From the human T2T-CHM13v2.0 reference genome, Homo sapiens, in assembly GCF_009914755.1 (NCBI RefSeq), contig NC_060929.1: a stretch of 64,000 nucleotides of DNA. One strand, 5' to 3'. A program made the position numbers and the translations under genes. Positions 43,170 through 56,089 of this stretch are shown here, piece by piece (position 1 is the first letter of the stretch; every line of letters starts with the position of its first letter). Under the pieces are notes generated by a model, which worked only from the letters and a program-made list of their open reading frames with translations, did no database searches and was not told the origin of the DNA.

Positions 43170-43262
43170 CTTGTCTGTTTTGATGAACATGGTCTCCCAG
43201 AACTCAGAACAGTGCCTACCATGTGAAGTACTTGGTGAATATTTGAAGATTAAATGAATATA
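43170..43262 (+). mobile_element. L2 3' end fragment
   Basis: TCTCCCAGAACTCAGAACAGTGCCTACCATG...AATATTTGAAGATTAAATGAAT. Confidence 0.55.
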
Positions 43263-43478
43263 GTTAATGAGAAAAGATATATACAAAAAGTTTAGTAATA
43301 TGAAGAACTATTGGAGTGACAAATGGCCATTAAAAGAAGAGCTATGGAGTTTAGAATAGTGAGAGTCAACATTAGTGTGCAAGTGCTGAAGTATGTGTGC
43401 AATTTAGCTGGACAGGGTTTGTATTGGTTCCTGGGCACAATGACAAACAGTATGCACAAAGATAAAGGCAGTATAGAT

Positions 43479-43684
43479 CAGCTCTGTCCACTAGAACTTA
43501 CTGTGATGATGGGGGTGTTCATATTTGTACTGTCTAGTATGGTACCAACTAGCCACATGTGGCAATTGAGCACTTGAAGCAAATATGACAGAGGAACTGA
43601 CGTTTAAATTTTATGTAATTTTAGTTAATTAAAATTTAAATAGCCACATGTGGCTAATGGCTATCTATCATACTGGAAACACAG
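43479..43684. mobile_element. MER3-like hAT-Charlie MITE
   Basis: CAGCTCTGTCCACTAGAACTTACTGTGATGATGG...TAGCCACATGTGGC twice. Confidence 0.85.
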
Positions 43685-43902
43685 GAACAGATAATTCAAG
43701 TAGTAAAAATGTATACACAAAGATTTAGATATGAATGATCCAGGTAAGTTTTGAGGCTAGTGAGCTAACTCAGGTGCTGAAAGTTGTTTGGGAGTACTGA
43801 ACTCAGTACTAATCTAAAGGAAGGCTGCGGAAAGGTGTCTTCAAGCCTCATTCAGGAACTGCCAAGTTTGCATTGGCTTTTCTATGGTACTATTTCAGTT
43901 GT

Positions 43903-43936
43903 ACACACACACACACACCACACACACACACACACA
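43903..43936. repeat. (CA)n microsatellite, interrupted
   Basis: Seen directly. Confidence 0.95.
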
Positions 43937-45844
43937 GACAGCCTTGAAATGAGAACTATATTATTGAAAGATATTGAGAAAACTAAAAAGGTCAGTCAAG
44001 ATTTTTTAATATGTAGCCCATATTTTCTTCTTTTTTTAGTTTGTTGCTAGCTTAAAAAATATAGTTCTGAGATTGTGTGTGTCAAGACATCTAGATTCCA
44101 ATTACAAGAGTTCTCATCAAATTATTTATTTCATGGAAAGCCATGACATGCTAGCCTGCAGTCTTTTTAGTCTGATTATTTTCCGGGAAATTGTTATGTG
44201 TAAAGATAAAATTTAAATTTTTTTCACTAATTCTAGTATAATTTATTTGAAAGTTATACATTATTTGTATCAATTTTTCCAAGGAGATATCTTTTATCTT
44301 TAATAATAAACACTGGTAGTTAATACTTAGTGAACACAATTCTGAAATACAGTATGCTAAATTTTGTACATATATATGAGAAAGAGAATTGAATGAGAAG
44401 GGAATATGGAGATTGAGGAACAGAAGATGAGGAAAAAGCAGGACAGGGGATACATTACCGACTTGTTTAATAGCATATTTAGTTTTATTGAATATTCGAG
44501 TTCATTCTCTCTATTCTCTGGATGCATGCTTCTGATATGGAACAGCGGCAGGATTTCTCTAAACTGAGAAGTATCAGAATGTGATAAATCTCTCTTCTAG
44601 CTGTCATGGTGTATTGCATGGTGTAAGTGATGTGCAGTCTCTGTGAGATGGGAAAATAGAAGTGGATAGGAAAATAGAGAGAATATTTTTTCTTCTAGAT
44701 ATCGAGGTCATTTTATGAGATGTAAAGACAGAAATGTTTCTGGGAGGCATCCTGCTCACTCCCGCAAAGCTTTTATCGATCTACTGTAAAAAAGCCAATT
44801 TCTACTTCTGTATGTGTGGAACTCCTATTGAGGACAAAAGTAAAGGACACACCTGGATCCAAAGGGGAATGGTTTAGCTTGACTTTTCTAAAATAAATTC
44901 CAGCAGGAAAAAAGTTAACATGAAATATTAAGCCCAGAAGATTCATTCCACACACAGTGATAGCTCTATAATGTTTCTTTCCTCTGCAGGAAACTCGATC
45001 CACTCTATATTTGTTTTAAATTGCTCTGTCTATCGGTCTCACTTCCAAAGATTACCTTTATTCACCTGCACAGCCATTTAAGAGAAAAGGTAGAGAGGAA
45101 AGGGACTAACACGAAAGCTGCTGGAAACTTGAATGTTTAATTAGCAGCCTTTTGTTTTTACTACTGGGTATTAACAGTTGAGTGGTGTGGGGCAAGTTAC
45201 ATTAGACACTTTGATATTCAGAATTAGCAGTTCTAGATTGGGCATAATGAACCCAGTAAATTTTTGGTGAAATAATTCAGTATGAATTTTTGTGTTGCAT
45301 GTTTTAAATAGAAAATATACATGATTTAAGGAAGGCCTCCAGACTAGCTTCTATGCCCCTCTATTTGTAATCTTCTTTTCACTTATATAGAACAGTTATT
45401 TGGTCCTTAGTGTGTTAAAGATATTCTGCTAGTCCCATTGTGAAGAAATGTTTTGCAATTGGAATAAGATTACTTTCCTTAGAAAATCATTAATAGATTT
45501 TTTTTGCTTATTGAGTAATTTCATTTTTCAATGAAATACATGTTTGAATATTTCATTGATTTTCTACATAGATTTTTTTTTTTACCTTCCATCATGCTGG
45601 AACACTTGTATCTCTTTAGGATATAAATAATTTATTCCTATGGCTCCAAAGGTCTTAATAATGAATTCATTAGCAAACAGTGCGTCTCTGACTTATGATG
45701 TCATTATAAGAAAGACCATATGCAAGCTAAAACTATAAGATACCATATTTAAAAGATACCTTATAGTCTAGTATTCATTGTCGATTTTTGTCTAGATTAA
45801 CCATTTAATTGTGGCTGCAAAATAATAAATTTTTTCTTACTAAA

Positions 45845-46920
45845 ATTTGTTGTAAACAAATCTTAAACTTGTAGAAAAGTTGGAAGTACAGTCCAGTACA
45901 GAAAACTGTTGTTTTTCCTGTACTTTTGAAAGTTTGCTAATGATGTGATGCCCAACCCTTCCCTAATATGTTAGTGTGCATTTCCTACAAACAAGGTTAT
46001 TCTCCTATTCAACAAGAACTCAGACATTCAAATTAGCAAATTAATATAAACATATTGCTATGATCTAGTCTCAGATTCCACTCGAGTTTTGCCAAATATC
46101 TCAATGTTATCCTTCATATCAAAAAGATCCAGTTGAAAATTATGCATCATCTTTAGTTGATATGCTTCTTTAGTCTCTTTTGATCTGGAACAGTTCCTCA
46201 GTCCTTCATTGCCTCTAATGCCTTTGGCTCTTTTGAAGATTATGGGCCACTTATTTTGTAGTATGTCTTTCAATTAGTATTCGGCTGTATTTCCTGATGA
46301 TTAGATTTAGGTTATGCATCTTTGGCAGAAATATCACAAAAGTGATGCTGTTCGCTTGTTGCATCTTATCAGGTAGCTCATGATTTTGATTTGTACCATT
46401 ACTGATGATGTTCACTTTCATCATTTGATTAAGGCAATATCTGTCAGACTTTGCCACTGTGAAGTTACTCTTTCCTCCTTTGTGATTACTTAATATTTTG
46501 TGAAGAGATAGTCTGAAACTATGTGACTATACAACTCTTCAAAAAATTTTCAATGTATTAATTTATAGCAGTATGACTCATTCTATTTTATTTGATGAAT
46601 TATAATTCGTTACTGTCATTTTTTTATTTTGATGCTCAAATCGATTTGGTCTGAGTCCCTTGAAAGTTGGCTCCTGTGTCTTTTTGACATGTCTCCTTTA
46701 TATCTTTATACCTATTTTCTGATACAAGGAGATAATCCAGGCATATCTTGAGCTTTCATTTGCCAAGCCCTGGAATCAGCCATTTCTCCAAGAAGCCCTA
46801 GTTCCTTTTTGTGGAGATTAGTACCTAAATATCAAGATCTGAACATGTGGAGTGCTCATTGCCATTGGTATGTCACTGCTCCCAGGCTCTCTTAGTGGAC
46901 AGAGCTACATATACACATAC
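45845..46920 (-). mobile_element. L1MC4/5-like LINE 3' region (continues in pieces to about 51680)
   Basis: GATTTAGGTTATGCATCTTTGGCAGAAATATCACAAAAGTGATG; GCCCTGGAATCAGCCATTTCTCCAAGAAGCCCT. Confidence 0.75.
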
Positions 46921-46931
46921 ATATACATAGA

Positions 46932-48234
46932 TGAGCGGTCTTCAAAAAGTTTATGAGAAATGCATATTATGAGAAAGTTATTCAAGGAGTTTAAAATTCT
47001 TTTGCACCCAAAATAAACTCATATGAACTTGATATAACTTGTTTGAATAGGATCTAGTTTGGGGCACTAAGAAGGCTAAGATACCGGTTTGAAAATGACC
47101 CCTATCAGAGCAACATAAATTCTTCTAAAATTAAAGCAAGAACATATATCACATTTATGATGAATCTTGGGTAGAAGAATGGTGAAATCACTGATGCTTT
47201 ATGAAAAGTTTAGGGGGACAATGCCCCAAAGACATCAGCAGTTTATAAATGTATATAACTCACGGTAAGAAGGAATGAGATGATATTGAAGATGAAGCCC
47301 AAAGTGGCACACCATCCATATCGATTTGTGAGGAAAAATTAATCTTGTCCATGCCCTAATTAAAGAGGACTGACAAATAACAGCAGAAACAATAACCAAC
47401 ACCATAGACATCTCAATTGGTACAGTTTACACAATTCTGACTGAAAAATTAAAGTTGAGCACACTTCACACTTGATGTGTGCCAAACTGTTACACCCAGA
47501 TCAGCTGCAGACAAGAGCAGAGCTTTCAATGGAAATTTTAAACAAGTGGGATCAAGATCCTAAAGCATTTCTTTGAAGAATTGTAATAGGAAAAGGAACA
47601 TGGGTTTACCAGTATGATCCTGAAGACAAAGCACAAAGCACAATCAAATAAATGGCTACCAAGACATGAAAGTGGTTCAGTCAATGCAAAAGTGGACTGG
47701 TTAAGAGCAATGATTATGGCCACAGCTTTTTTTTTGGATGCTCAAGTCATGTTGGTTGTTTAGTTTCTGGAAGGCCCAAGAATGGTAATATATGCTTATT
47801 ATGAGAGTGTTTTGAGAAAGTTAGCCAAAGCTTTAGCAAAAAATGCCTGGGATAGCTTTATCAGAGAATCCTTCTCCACCACAACAATGTTTCTGCTCAT
47901 TCCTCTCATCAAACAATAGCAATTTTGTAAATTTCACTAGGAAATCATTAGGCATCCACCTCACAGTCCTGATTTGACCACTTGTGACTTCTCTTAGTTT
48001 TCCAATTTCAAATAATCTTTAAAGGGCACCCATTTTTTTCTTCAGTAAATAGTGTAAAAAAGACTACATTGACATGTTTAAATTCCCAGGACATTTAGTT
48101 TTTTATGGATGGACTAAGTGGTTGGTATCATCACTTACAAGTGTCTTGAACTTGATTGAGTTTATGTGGATAAAGTTTATATTTTTATTTTAGCTTTTAA
48201 TTTCATTTTCCACAAACTTGTTGAAGTCTCCACA
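46932..48234 (+). mobile_element. Full-length Hsmar2 mariner transposon with a decayed transposase pseudogene
   Basis: Terminal inverted repeats TGAGCGGTCTTCAAAAAGTTTATG and CACAAACTTGTTGAAGTCTCCACA, about 1.3 kb; remnants KLKLS, EIIRHPPHSPDL..CDF; many stops and frameshifts. Confidence 0.95.
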
Positions 48235-48315
48235 TATCCACCTATATATTTACACACATACATATGTACATGTATTTATACTTATATTTATTTCTATATC
48301 TATCTCAATATATTT

Positions 48316-48623
48316 ATTTTATTTTATTTTTTTGAGACAGGGTCTCACTCTATCATCCATATTGGAGTGCTGTGACCCAGTCATGGCTCACGGCAGTCTT
48401 GACCCTTTGACCTCCTTGGGCTCAGGTAATCCTTCTACCTCAGCTTCCTGAGTAACTGGGACCACAGGCATGTGCCACCATTCCCTGCTAATTTTTGTTT
48501 GTTTTGTAGAGACAGGATTTCACCATATTGCCTGGTTGGTCTCAAATTCCTGAGCTCATGCAATCTACCTGCCTCAGGCTCCCTAAGTGCTGGGATTACA
48601 CGTGCGAACCACCATGCCTGGCC
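48316..48623 (-). mobile_element. AluJ SINE
   Basis: Diverged antisense Alu; degenerate TSD TATCT(C/A)AAT(A/G)TATTT. Confidence 0.92.
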
Positions 48624-48727
48624 TATCTAAATGTATTTAAAATCACTCCAACACTTCCATTTTCATCTAACATCATTCATTTTAGTTTTTTTCTAACTTT
48701 CTTCTCTAAGAGGTATGTTTTTGGGGT

Positions 48728-48952
48728 ATTTATTTTTAATTGACATATAAAAATTGTATGTTTATCATGTACAATATGTTGTGTTGAAATATGTACACAT
48801 TGTAGAAAGGCTAAATTGAGACAATTAATACATTAAATTCTTATGTTTTTTTTTGTGGTGAGAACACTTAATATTTACTCTTTTAGCAATTTTCAAGAAT
48901 ACATTAACTTTAGTCACTAAGTTATACAACTGATCTCTTGAACTTATTCCTT
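48728..48952 (-). mobile_element. Short L1MA-type 3' end
   Basis: TTTTTAATTGACATATAAAAATTGTATG...GTGGTGAGAACACTTAATATTTACTCT...GATCTCTTGAACTTATTCC. Confidence 0.8.
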
Positions 48953-49494
48953 CCACAAAACTCCTAAAATTCTATACATCTGAGAAATATTTTTAAAATT
49001 TTACTTAAAAAATCAATTCTTTTGTATGTACCAGAATTCTGCATCCAATTGTTTATCACCATTATAACCCCCTTCTTGTGCAGATGCTCTCCTCCCTTCA
49101 CTTGGGCCCCAACATATTACCCAGTTCGAGCACCTGCATGGACACTGTCTTTATCTTGCTGCAGCTCTGAAGCCCCTTGCAGGCCATCCCTTTGCAAGGA
49201 CACTTTTTTCACCCTGCTTGGGTTCTGACTCCCCATGCCTTGCCACTCTTGCTGGTGAAGCTGTCCCTACAATGTTTGTGCTCCAGCTCCCCATGCTAGG
49301 TCATCCCATGGTGTGATGTCCTCTTCATTATGTTGCTCTGACATCCCCCTTTGTGAAGGTGCATTTCTCACACTGCTCAGGGTCTGACTCCTTGCAACAG
49401 ATGACTCACTTGCATGGAGCCTGGATTCTGACAGATCTTATTTGGATTCTGACACCCCATAATTGGCAGCCTTACTGTATGAATATATTTCTTA

Positions 49495-50100
49495 TGGTAG
49501 TGGGCAGACTTTTAAGGAAGTCCTCATGATCCATGCCTCCTGGTGATCATTTCCTTGTGTGATACCCTCCCTTTGAGTGTACATGGGAACTGCGACTTGC
49601 TTCAAACTAATTTGATATGGCAAAGTTGACAGGATGTATGTGATTACATGAATATAATTGCATAATTATGTGGTATATACTATATAGCATTGTAGGGCAT
49701 CCTGCTTGAGTCTTCTTCCCTTCTTTGCTATGAGGAAGGAAGTAACCATGTTGGGGAAGCCTGTCTGGAAAGGAACTGTGGGAAGCCTTTAGAAGCTGAT
49801 GGCGGTTTTCTCCCAACAACCAGCAAGAAATTGGTACTTTCAGTCAAACTGTCACAAATACTGAATTCTGCTAATTACTTGAGTGAACTTGGAAATGAAT
49901 CCTTCCTAAGTTAGGTGTGACCACAGCTCTAGCTGACAGCTCTGACAGCTCTGTTTTCAGCCTTATGAGACCCTAAGCAGAGGATGTGGACAACCTGTGC
50001 CTGTATTCTGATAACACAGAAACTGCAAGAGACAAAAGTGTCTGGTTGGAAGTTTCTAAGCTTGTGGTAACTTGTGATATAGCAGTAGATAACTAAAACA
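49495..50100 (+). mobile_element. MLT1E-like MaLR solo LTR
   Basis: TGGGCAGACTTTTAAGGAAGTCCTCATGATCC...AGCAGTAGATAACTAAAACA. Confidence 0.8.
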
Positions 50101-50857
50101 CTTACCCTGCCTAGGTCATTCCACTCTGGAGTACCATGGGTCTCCCCTGGCCTCCAACCTGGGTGCCTACTTGCATTGCCTCACCTAATGACTTTAGGAT
50201 TCAATTGTTCAGGAAGGAAAGAGAAGAGAAAAACATGAGAGGGAAGGGAAATGGAGGGGAGGTGAGAAAGAAAAGGGCAGAGGATACAAAGGTAAGAGGA
50301 AGAGCCAGAAAGATGATTTTTCTAATTTGGTCATTCGATGTTTTTTACCCGAAATTTTTCCTTAATTAAAAGTATTAACTCTACAACTTTGTTATCCAGA
50401 ATACTATTTGTACAGGAAAAGAAGAAAATTTGCTTAATTGTTTTCCTTTTGTTTATCGGTCTTCAGAATAAAGAGTTGATACTCCAGCAATATACAATGG
50501 GAGCCAATCAATTTGTTCTTTTAGGAAATAGAATTATGAACTAATGGAATTTTTTAAGTATTTGAGTTTTATATATCTCAATTTATTTCTAGTCTTTGAT
50601 GGCTTTTTGCTTTCTGGCACAGTAATATAATCTAGTCCACGGTATATATGTCCTGTCCCAGATGTGAAATTAACCAAGGATACTAGTCAGAAATAACATT
50701 TGGTAGTCACAGTCTGAGTGCTAGGGGTATTTATTGCTATGAGGTAGTCGTTGCTTCTAGGCCTTTTCAATGGACAGATTTAGGAAATGTATAAAAGTCA
50801 TTTTTTAAATAGCATGAGTTTCTACTGATATTTTTCAGTTCAAATTTAGAATTTATA

Positions 50858-51630
50858 AGCACCTGGAACTAGTCAACTTTGAGGTTAAATCCTTCAGACT
50901 GCTAAGTCTGCTTAGGACTTCTGACACCAGTCACAAGTTCTAAGGTCCCCAGGGCCACCTTGATTTCAGGTCAGCTAGTCACAAATTCAGACTCTCCATG
51001 GACTCCCTCAGGTTCGATAATTTGCTAGAATGACTTGCAGAACTCAAAAAAGTGCTGTACCTATGATTACAGTTTTATTAGAGCAAAAGGTACAAATCAG
51101 AACCAGACAAAGGAAGAGACACATAGGGAGAAATCTGGGACTGGAAGGGTTCCAAATGTGAAGTTTCTGTGTCCTCAGTGACATGTTACTGTCCCAGCAT
51201 CAATATGTGGAAATGTATACATGCAGTGTTGCCAGCCCTGAGAGCTCATATGAACTTTAATGTCCAGAGATTTTATTGGGATTTTATTATGTAGGCATGA
51301 CTGATTGAATTGTCACCAACCCAGTTGAACTCAACGTCTAGCTCCCTTCCCTCCCTGGAGGTCAAGTGGACATTATATGGCATAGAACCCCAACCCAAAG
51401 TACATGGTGTTTCTGGTATGACCAGCACACATTTTGAGTCCTCTCATTAATCTATCTAGAGGCCCTCCATGAGTCACAGAGTTAGCGTAAACCATCTTGT
51501 GTGATCTGAGGGACCCACCATGAATAGCTAAGACACTCCCATCATTTGGGAATTCCCAAGGGTTTATTGGTTACCTCCTAGAAGTTGGGGCAAAGTCCAG
51601 ATCTTTAGACAAACCTAATTCTTCAGTACA
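50858..51630. mobile_element. MER21-like ERV LTR
   Basis: ACTTCTGACACCAGTCACAAGTTC...CAGGTTCGATAATTTGCTAGAATGACT...ATTACAGTTTTATTA. Confidence 0.7.
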
Positions 51631-51875
51631 AGATTTTTACTTAACATTTTTGCTTTATAATCATGTCCTTTTATGCTTTAACGATAGGCTCGGGTTCAGG
51701 ACTAAAATTATCCCTTGTGCAAGGAACTAAGGAGGTAGAAAACAAAAGAAGTTCAGTGATGAAATGTTAAAACAAAAAAGAGCGGGGCCACAAATGAATG
51801 CCATACTGTATGGTAAAATGCACAAATGCTTGATTAACATGAATGAGAATGACCATATACGGTTTAATGGAAAAG

Positions 51876-52308
51876 GTAGATTAGGGTAAGCTGAACTGTT
51901 GTAACAAATGGAACCCCAGATACAGTGGTTCAATGTATTAGAAGTTTATTGCTTGCTCATGTAATACTCCAAGGGCTTCTTGGTTGGCAGGGGGATTCTG
52001 TTCCATACAGTCATCAAGAATTTTAGCTTGTGGCAGAAGTTCCAGCTTTAGCACATAGCTTCCAAAGTTGATCTGGGTATCAACATCTCCATCTTCTGGT
52101 AGTAGGAAAGAGCATGAAGCTGTGAGTGCAGTGCTTTTTATGAGTTATGCATGGGAGTGGCTAATGCTACTTTCACTCACATTCCATTGGCTAATACTCA
52201 TTCTTAAGGACCCAACTCACATTATGGGAGACAAAGAAATGTGGAATAAGTATATTCCCAGCAGAAAAGTTAACAATTAATTTGGTGGTCCATTGGTAGT
52301 ATCTGTCA
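51876..52308 (-). mobile_element. MLT1J-like LTR remnant
   Basis: TGTTGTAACAAATGGAACCCC...CAGTGGTTCAATGTATTAGAAGTTTATT...TCACATTCCATTGGCTAATACTCA. Confidence 0.65.
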
Positions 52309-53221
52309 CACAGAGCTTGAACTGTGAAGGGGTAATATGATTTGGGGGAAAAGTAGCTATGAGGAAGCTGGAGACACAGAGAGCAAGGAAGACATCAAGA
52401 GTTATGTCAAATAGCTGTGAAAAAATATGTTGTCTTAAAGGACTGGTGATGTGAGTCAATAGATTGTTCCTTGATTCATATGGCTTTATAAGTATTATTA
52501 TTATTATTTACAAATTAGTTTCTCCAACTAGACTATAACCTTCTAGCACAATATCTGACATATAGTGGATCTTCAATTAATGTTTATAAAATTAGAATGC
52601 TAATCTGGATTACTTAAACACTTAGTTTGAATTAGAATAATGTTCCTATTGAGATATAATTTATCTGTCGTTTTCAGGACACACAATTTATAAAAGAGAT
52701 CTAATTAACCACTCTAATGCATGCATTCATTTTTTTAAGCAGAGGCATTAGGCATATTTCAAAGTTATATTACTTTGAGCTTATAACTAGTAGTTATCTT
52801 TTTTTAGTGTTTTTTTTTTGCTCCTCAATTTATGTGCATTGAATTCATACCTTTATGAGAGAGGCTAAAATTATTTGCATATTATAAAGAGATTGAAATA
52901 AATTTTATTTATTGAAAACACAGGTACTATATTTATAGCGAAGGAAGATACCTTTAAAATGGTTAGATTACAAATGAAACTACTTAAACGAGAAAAAATG
53001 TGGAAAAGATAAGAGATGGTAAATGATTATGGAAATGTGTGAGAGATAAAAATCTTGTTCTTTTATTATCTTTTTATCTAGCTAGAAGATGAAAAATTAT
53101 TCTGTACGAAAGTACTTAGATTATTTTATTTACCACCATTTTATGTTACTGATATGAGTTTTTTCTTATCTGTGCTTAGTGTACATAATTTAGTAAGAAG
53201 GCATAACAGTACTAATAATTT

Positions 53222-53418
53222 GTTTTTTTGTTGTTGTTTATTTATTTATTTATTTTTATTATACTTTAAGTTTTAGGGTACATGTACACAACATGCAGGT
53301 TAGTTACATATGTATACATGTGCCATGTTGGTGTGCTGCTCCCAGTAACTCATCATTTAACATTAGGTATATCTCCAAATGCTATCCCTCCCTGCTCCCC
53401 CCACCCCACAACAGGCCC
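53222..53418 (-). mobile_element. L1PA3/4-like 3' stub
   Basis: TTATTATACTTTAAGTTTTAGGGTACATG...CCCCACAACAGGCCC. Confidence 0.95.
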
Positions 53419-53539
53419 AGGACACAGCTTGGCTTACTTCTTAAGAATCTAAAAGTGTATAGGAGATGATATTGCTAGGAGAGGAATGACTGAAACAAAT
53501 TTTGTGTGTTGTTTGGTTTGTGGATCTGATTGAATTCAT

Positions 53540-54260
53540 TTATGAATGGGGAATTTTATTTGGCAGACATACACAAGGTTAAAAACTTTGAGTCTCCAAA
53601 TCCCTCTGAATTTCTTTTTTTTTTAAATTTTATTATTATTATACTTTAAGTTTTAGGGTACATGTGCACAACGTGTACATATATACATGTGCCGTGTTGG
53701 TGTGCTGCACCCATTAACTCATCATTTAGCATTAGGTATATCTCCTAATGCTATCCCTTCCCCCTCCCGCCACCCCACAACAGGCCCCGGTGTGTGATGT
53801 TCCCCTTCCTGTGTCCATATGTTCTCATTGTTCAATTCCCACCTATGAGTGAGAACATGCGGTGTTTGGTTTTTTGTCCTTGCGACAGTTTGCTGAGAAT
53901 GATGGTTTCCAGCTTCATCCATGTCCCTACAAAGGACATGAACTCATCATTTTTTATGGCTGCATAGTATTCCATGGTGTATATGTGCCACATTTTCTTA
54001 ATCCAGTCTATCGTTGTTGGACATTTGAGTTGGTTCCAAGTCTTTGCTATTGTGAATGGTGCCGCTGTAAACATACGTGTGCATGTGTCTTTATAGCAGC
54101 ATGATTTATAAGCCTTTGGGTATATACCCAGTAATGGGATGGCTGGGTCAGCAGGATCTCCCTCTTATCTGAAAGAACCAGCCTTACCCTGCAAAAAGCT
54201 TCTTGATGACAGTATTTGTTTCCTCACAAGGAGATTCTCAATAACAGGACTTCCTCTCGC
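53540..54260 (+). mobile_element. Possible ERVL/MaLR internal fragment split by the second L1PA stub
   Basis: GAATGGGGAA...AACTTTGAGTCTCCAAATCCCTCTGAA resembles recalled ERVL internal sequence. Confidence 0.35.
53615..54150 (-). mobile_element. L1PA3/4-like 3' end, about 535 bp
   Basis: Minus ORF 53832-54074 (IAKTWNQLKCPTTIDWIKKMWHIYTMEYYAAIKNDEFMSF) is the ORF2p C-terminus, followed by the 3' UTR. Confidence 0.97.
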
Positions 54261-55574
54261 CAAAGCTGAATTGACAAATGCTACTGTTATGTGTGTAACA
54301 GTGATCCCTTTTTCAGAGGCAGGGTTAAGCAGTCTCTCTAAGCCCAGTCACTGTACAGTTCTTTGCAAACTCTCTGTCTCATTGTCTAAACAGGAGTAAT
54401 GCTTGGAGGGGCTACAAATGCCTGGGCCCCAAATAGCAACCTCCCTGTAAATATCATACAATTTTTCTCCTATTGGTAATTGGTAGTGGTACTGGTGGGT
54501 TGGAGTTAAAGGGGGATATTGACTTGTGTTAGTGGCACAAGTTTGCGAGGCCAAACAACTTAAGCTTGAAGGTTTGTTAGTTTTTAGATTAAAAAGAAAA
54601 CTTCTTTTTAATTTAAATTTTTAAGTTTTGTAGGTACATAGTAGGTGTATATATTTAAAGAAAACTTTTGATGTCAACAGTGAATTGCACTTTTTAGCCC
54701 AGTACTCTACAAACCCAGACAATTTTGTCAAGCTTTATTGACTTCCCTTAACAAGTTCTCTCATTTTTCTGGTTGTATAATTTTGTTAGAGTTTATAACA
54801 CTTAATTATATTTCATAGCCCTGAAAGTTGTAATTTTGAAAATTCATCTAACAATTTCCAATGGTCCTTCAGACTTTATATTTTTTTGGCACAAAAGTGG
54901 ACTTGGGCTAATTCCCTTGATAGCTACCCTTTAACATACATAGACTTTAAATGCCTGACTACTTTTAATGGTAAAATCCTGGAGGTATTAAAGGATAAAT
55001 TGTGCTTATAGGTCTGGTCAGAGACCAATATTGTGCGTACCAACAGAAGATTGCATCTCTTAGAAACTGTATATGTCTTAATCGTATTTTACCAGGGACT
55101 CTTCTCTTGTAGCTCATATTTCAGGGAGTTATACAAGTCATTGATATCTAACTTTAACATATTGTTTTGGACTAAGTTAATGCCAGGTAGAATATTGGTA
55201 TAGGACCAAATCAAGGATCTACAACAGTGGATGAACAATGCATATCTTACTACAAATGTCCTGATAATAACCATAAGACCCTGCAGTTCCCTGGAGTCAT
55301 GTGTGGTTTTCCACAGAGACACTGTGTCTTATCCTTTTAGCCTGAAATAGCCTCCCCACTTTCCTCCTTCATTTTGCAGATTTCATCCTATGGAATGCAT
55401 TCCCCAATGGTTGTAGTCTACAGTAGGTGTTCATCCAATACAACCTCACTGTGAACATCTACTATCTATTTTGTAGTCGACCATTTACCCCACAAAATTA
55501 TATGCTCCTTTAGAGAGGAAACTGTGCTTAGTTATATTTGTGTTTCCTGAGTTAATCACTATGGATATGGTCTG

Positions 55575-55792
55575 TGTTGACTGTGAGACCTGGGTTCAAG
55601 TTCCAACTTTGCTATTCATAAAATGCCTGAGCCAGAAGGGATCACTTTCAATTTTTGAGCTCCAGTTTCTTCATTTGCAAAATGGAAAAAATTGTATTAA
55701 CTAATACAAGTATTTTGAGAATGAGATTACATACTATATACAAAGCACTTAGCACAAAACCTGGAGTATACTACACGCTCAATAATTGTTAT
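55575..55792 (+). mobile_element. MIR SINE
   Basis: GACCTGGGTTCAAGTTCCAACTTTGC...CAGTTTCTTCATTTGCAAAATGG...AAAGCACTTAGCACA. Confidence 0.8.
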
Positions 55793-56089
55793 AGAGTATT
55801 CACAGCAAATGTAGAATAAATCTTTCAGCTTCCATATATAACTATTGAACTTGCATACTTAGCAAAAGTGGAACCGTGTAATTATCTTGGATCATTGACC
55901 CACAGAAAAAAAATGTTAATCATGTAGCAAGAAACAAAGGCAACAAGTAATACCCAACAATTAGTTTTGGTTGCCATGCTACTGCAAATATTACACATTC
56001 ACATATCACATTTGAGTAAGTTAAAATATTGATATAGCAATTGCTTTCAAACTACTGAAATTGAAGATTATTATAATAATTATTCTGGC

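Noticed and set aside
44970-45020. Strong acceptor TTTCTTTCCTCTGCAG
   Set aside because: Nearby stop in the frame checked and no matching donor recognised.
47115-48175. Domesticated or active transposase (SETMAR-like)
   Set aside because: No start ATG, multiple stops, two catalytic Asp lost and no SET exons; SETMAR derives from Hsmar1, not Hsmar2.
49922-49953. ACAGCTCT short triplication
   Set aside because: Ordinary slippage inside an MLT1 LTR.
55970-55982. Second X-box GTTGCCATGCTAC
   Set aside because: Only one good half-site.
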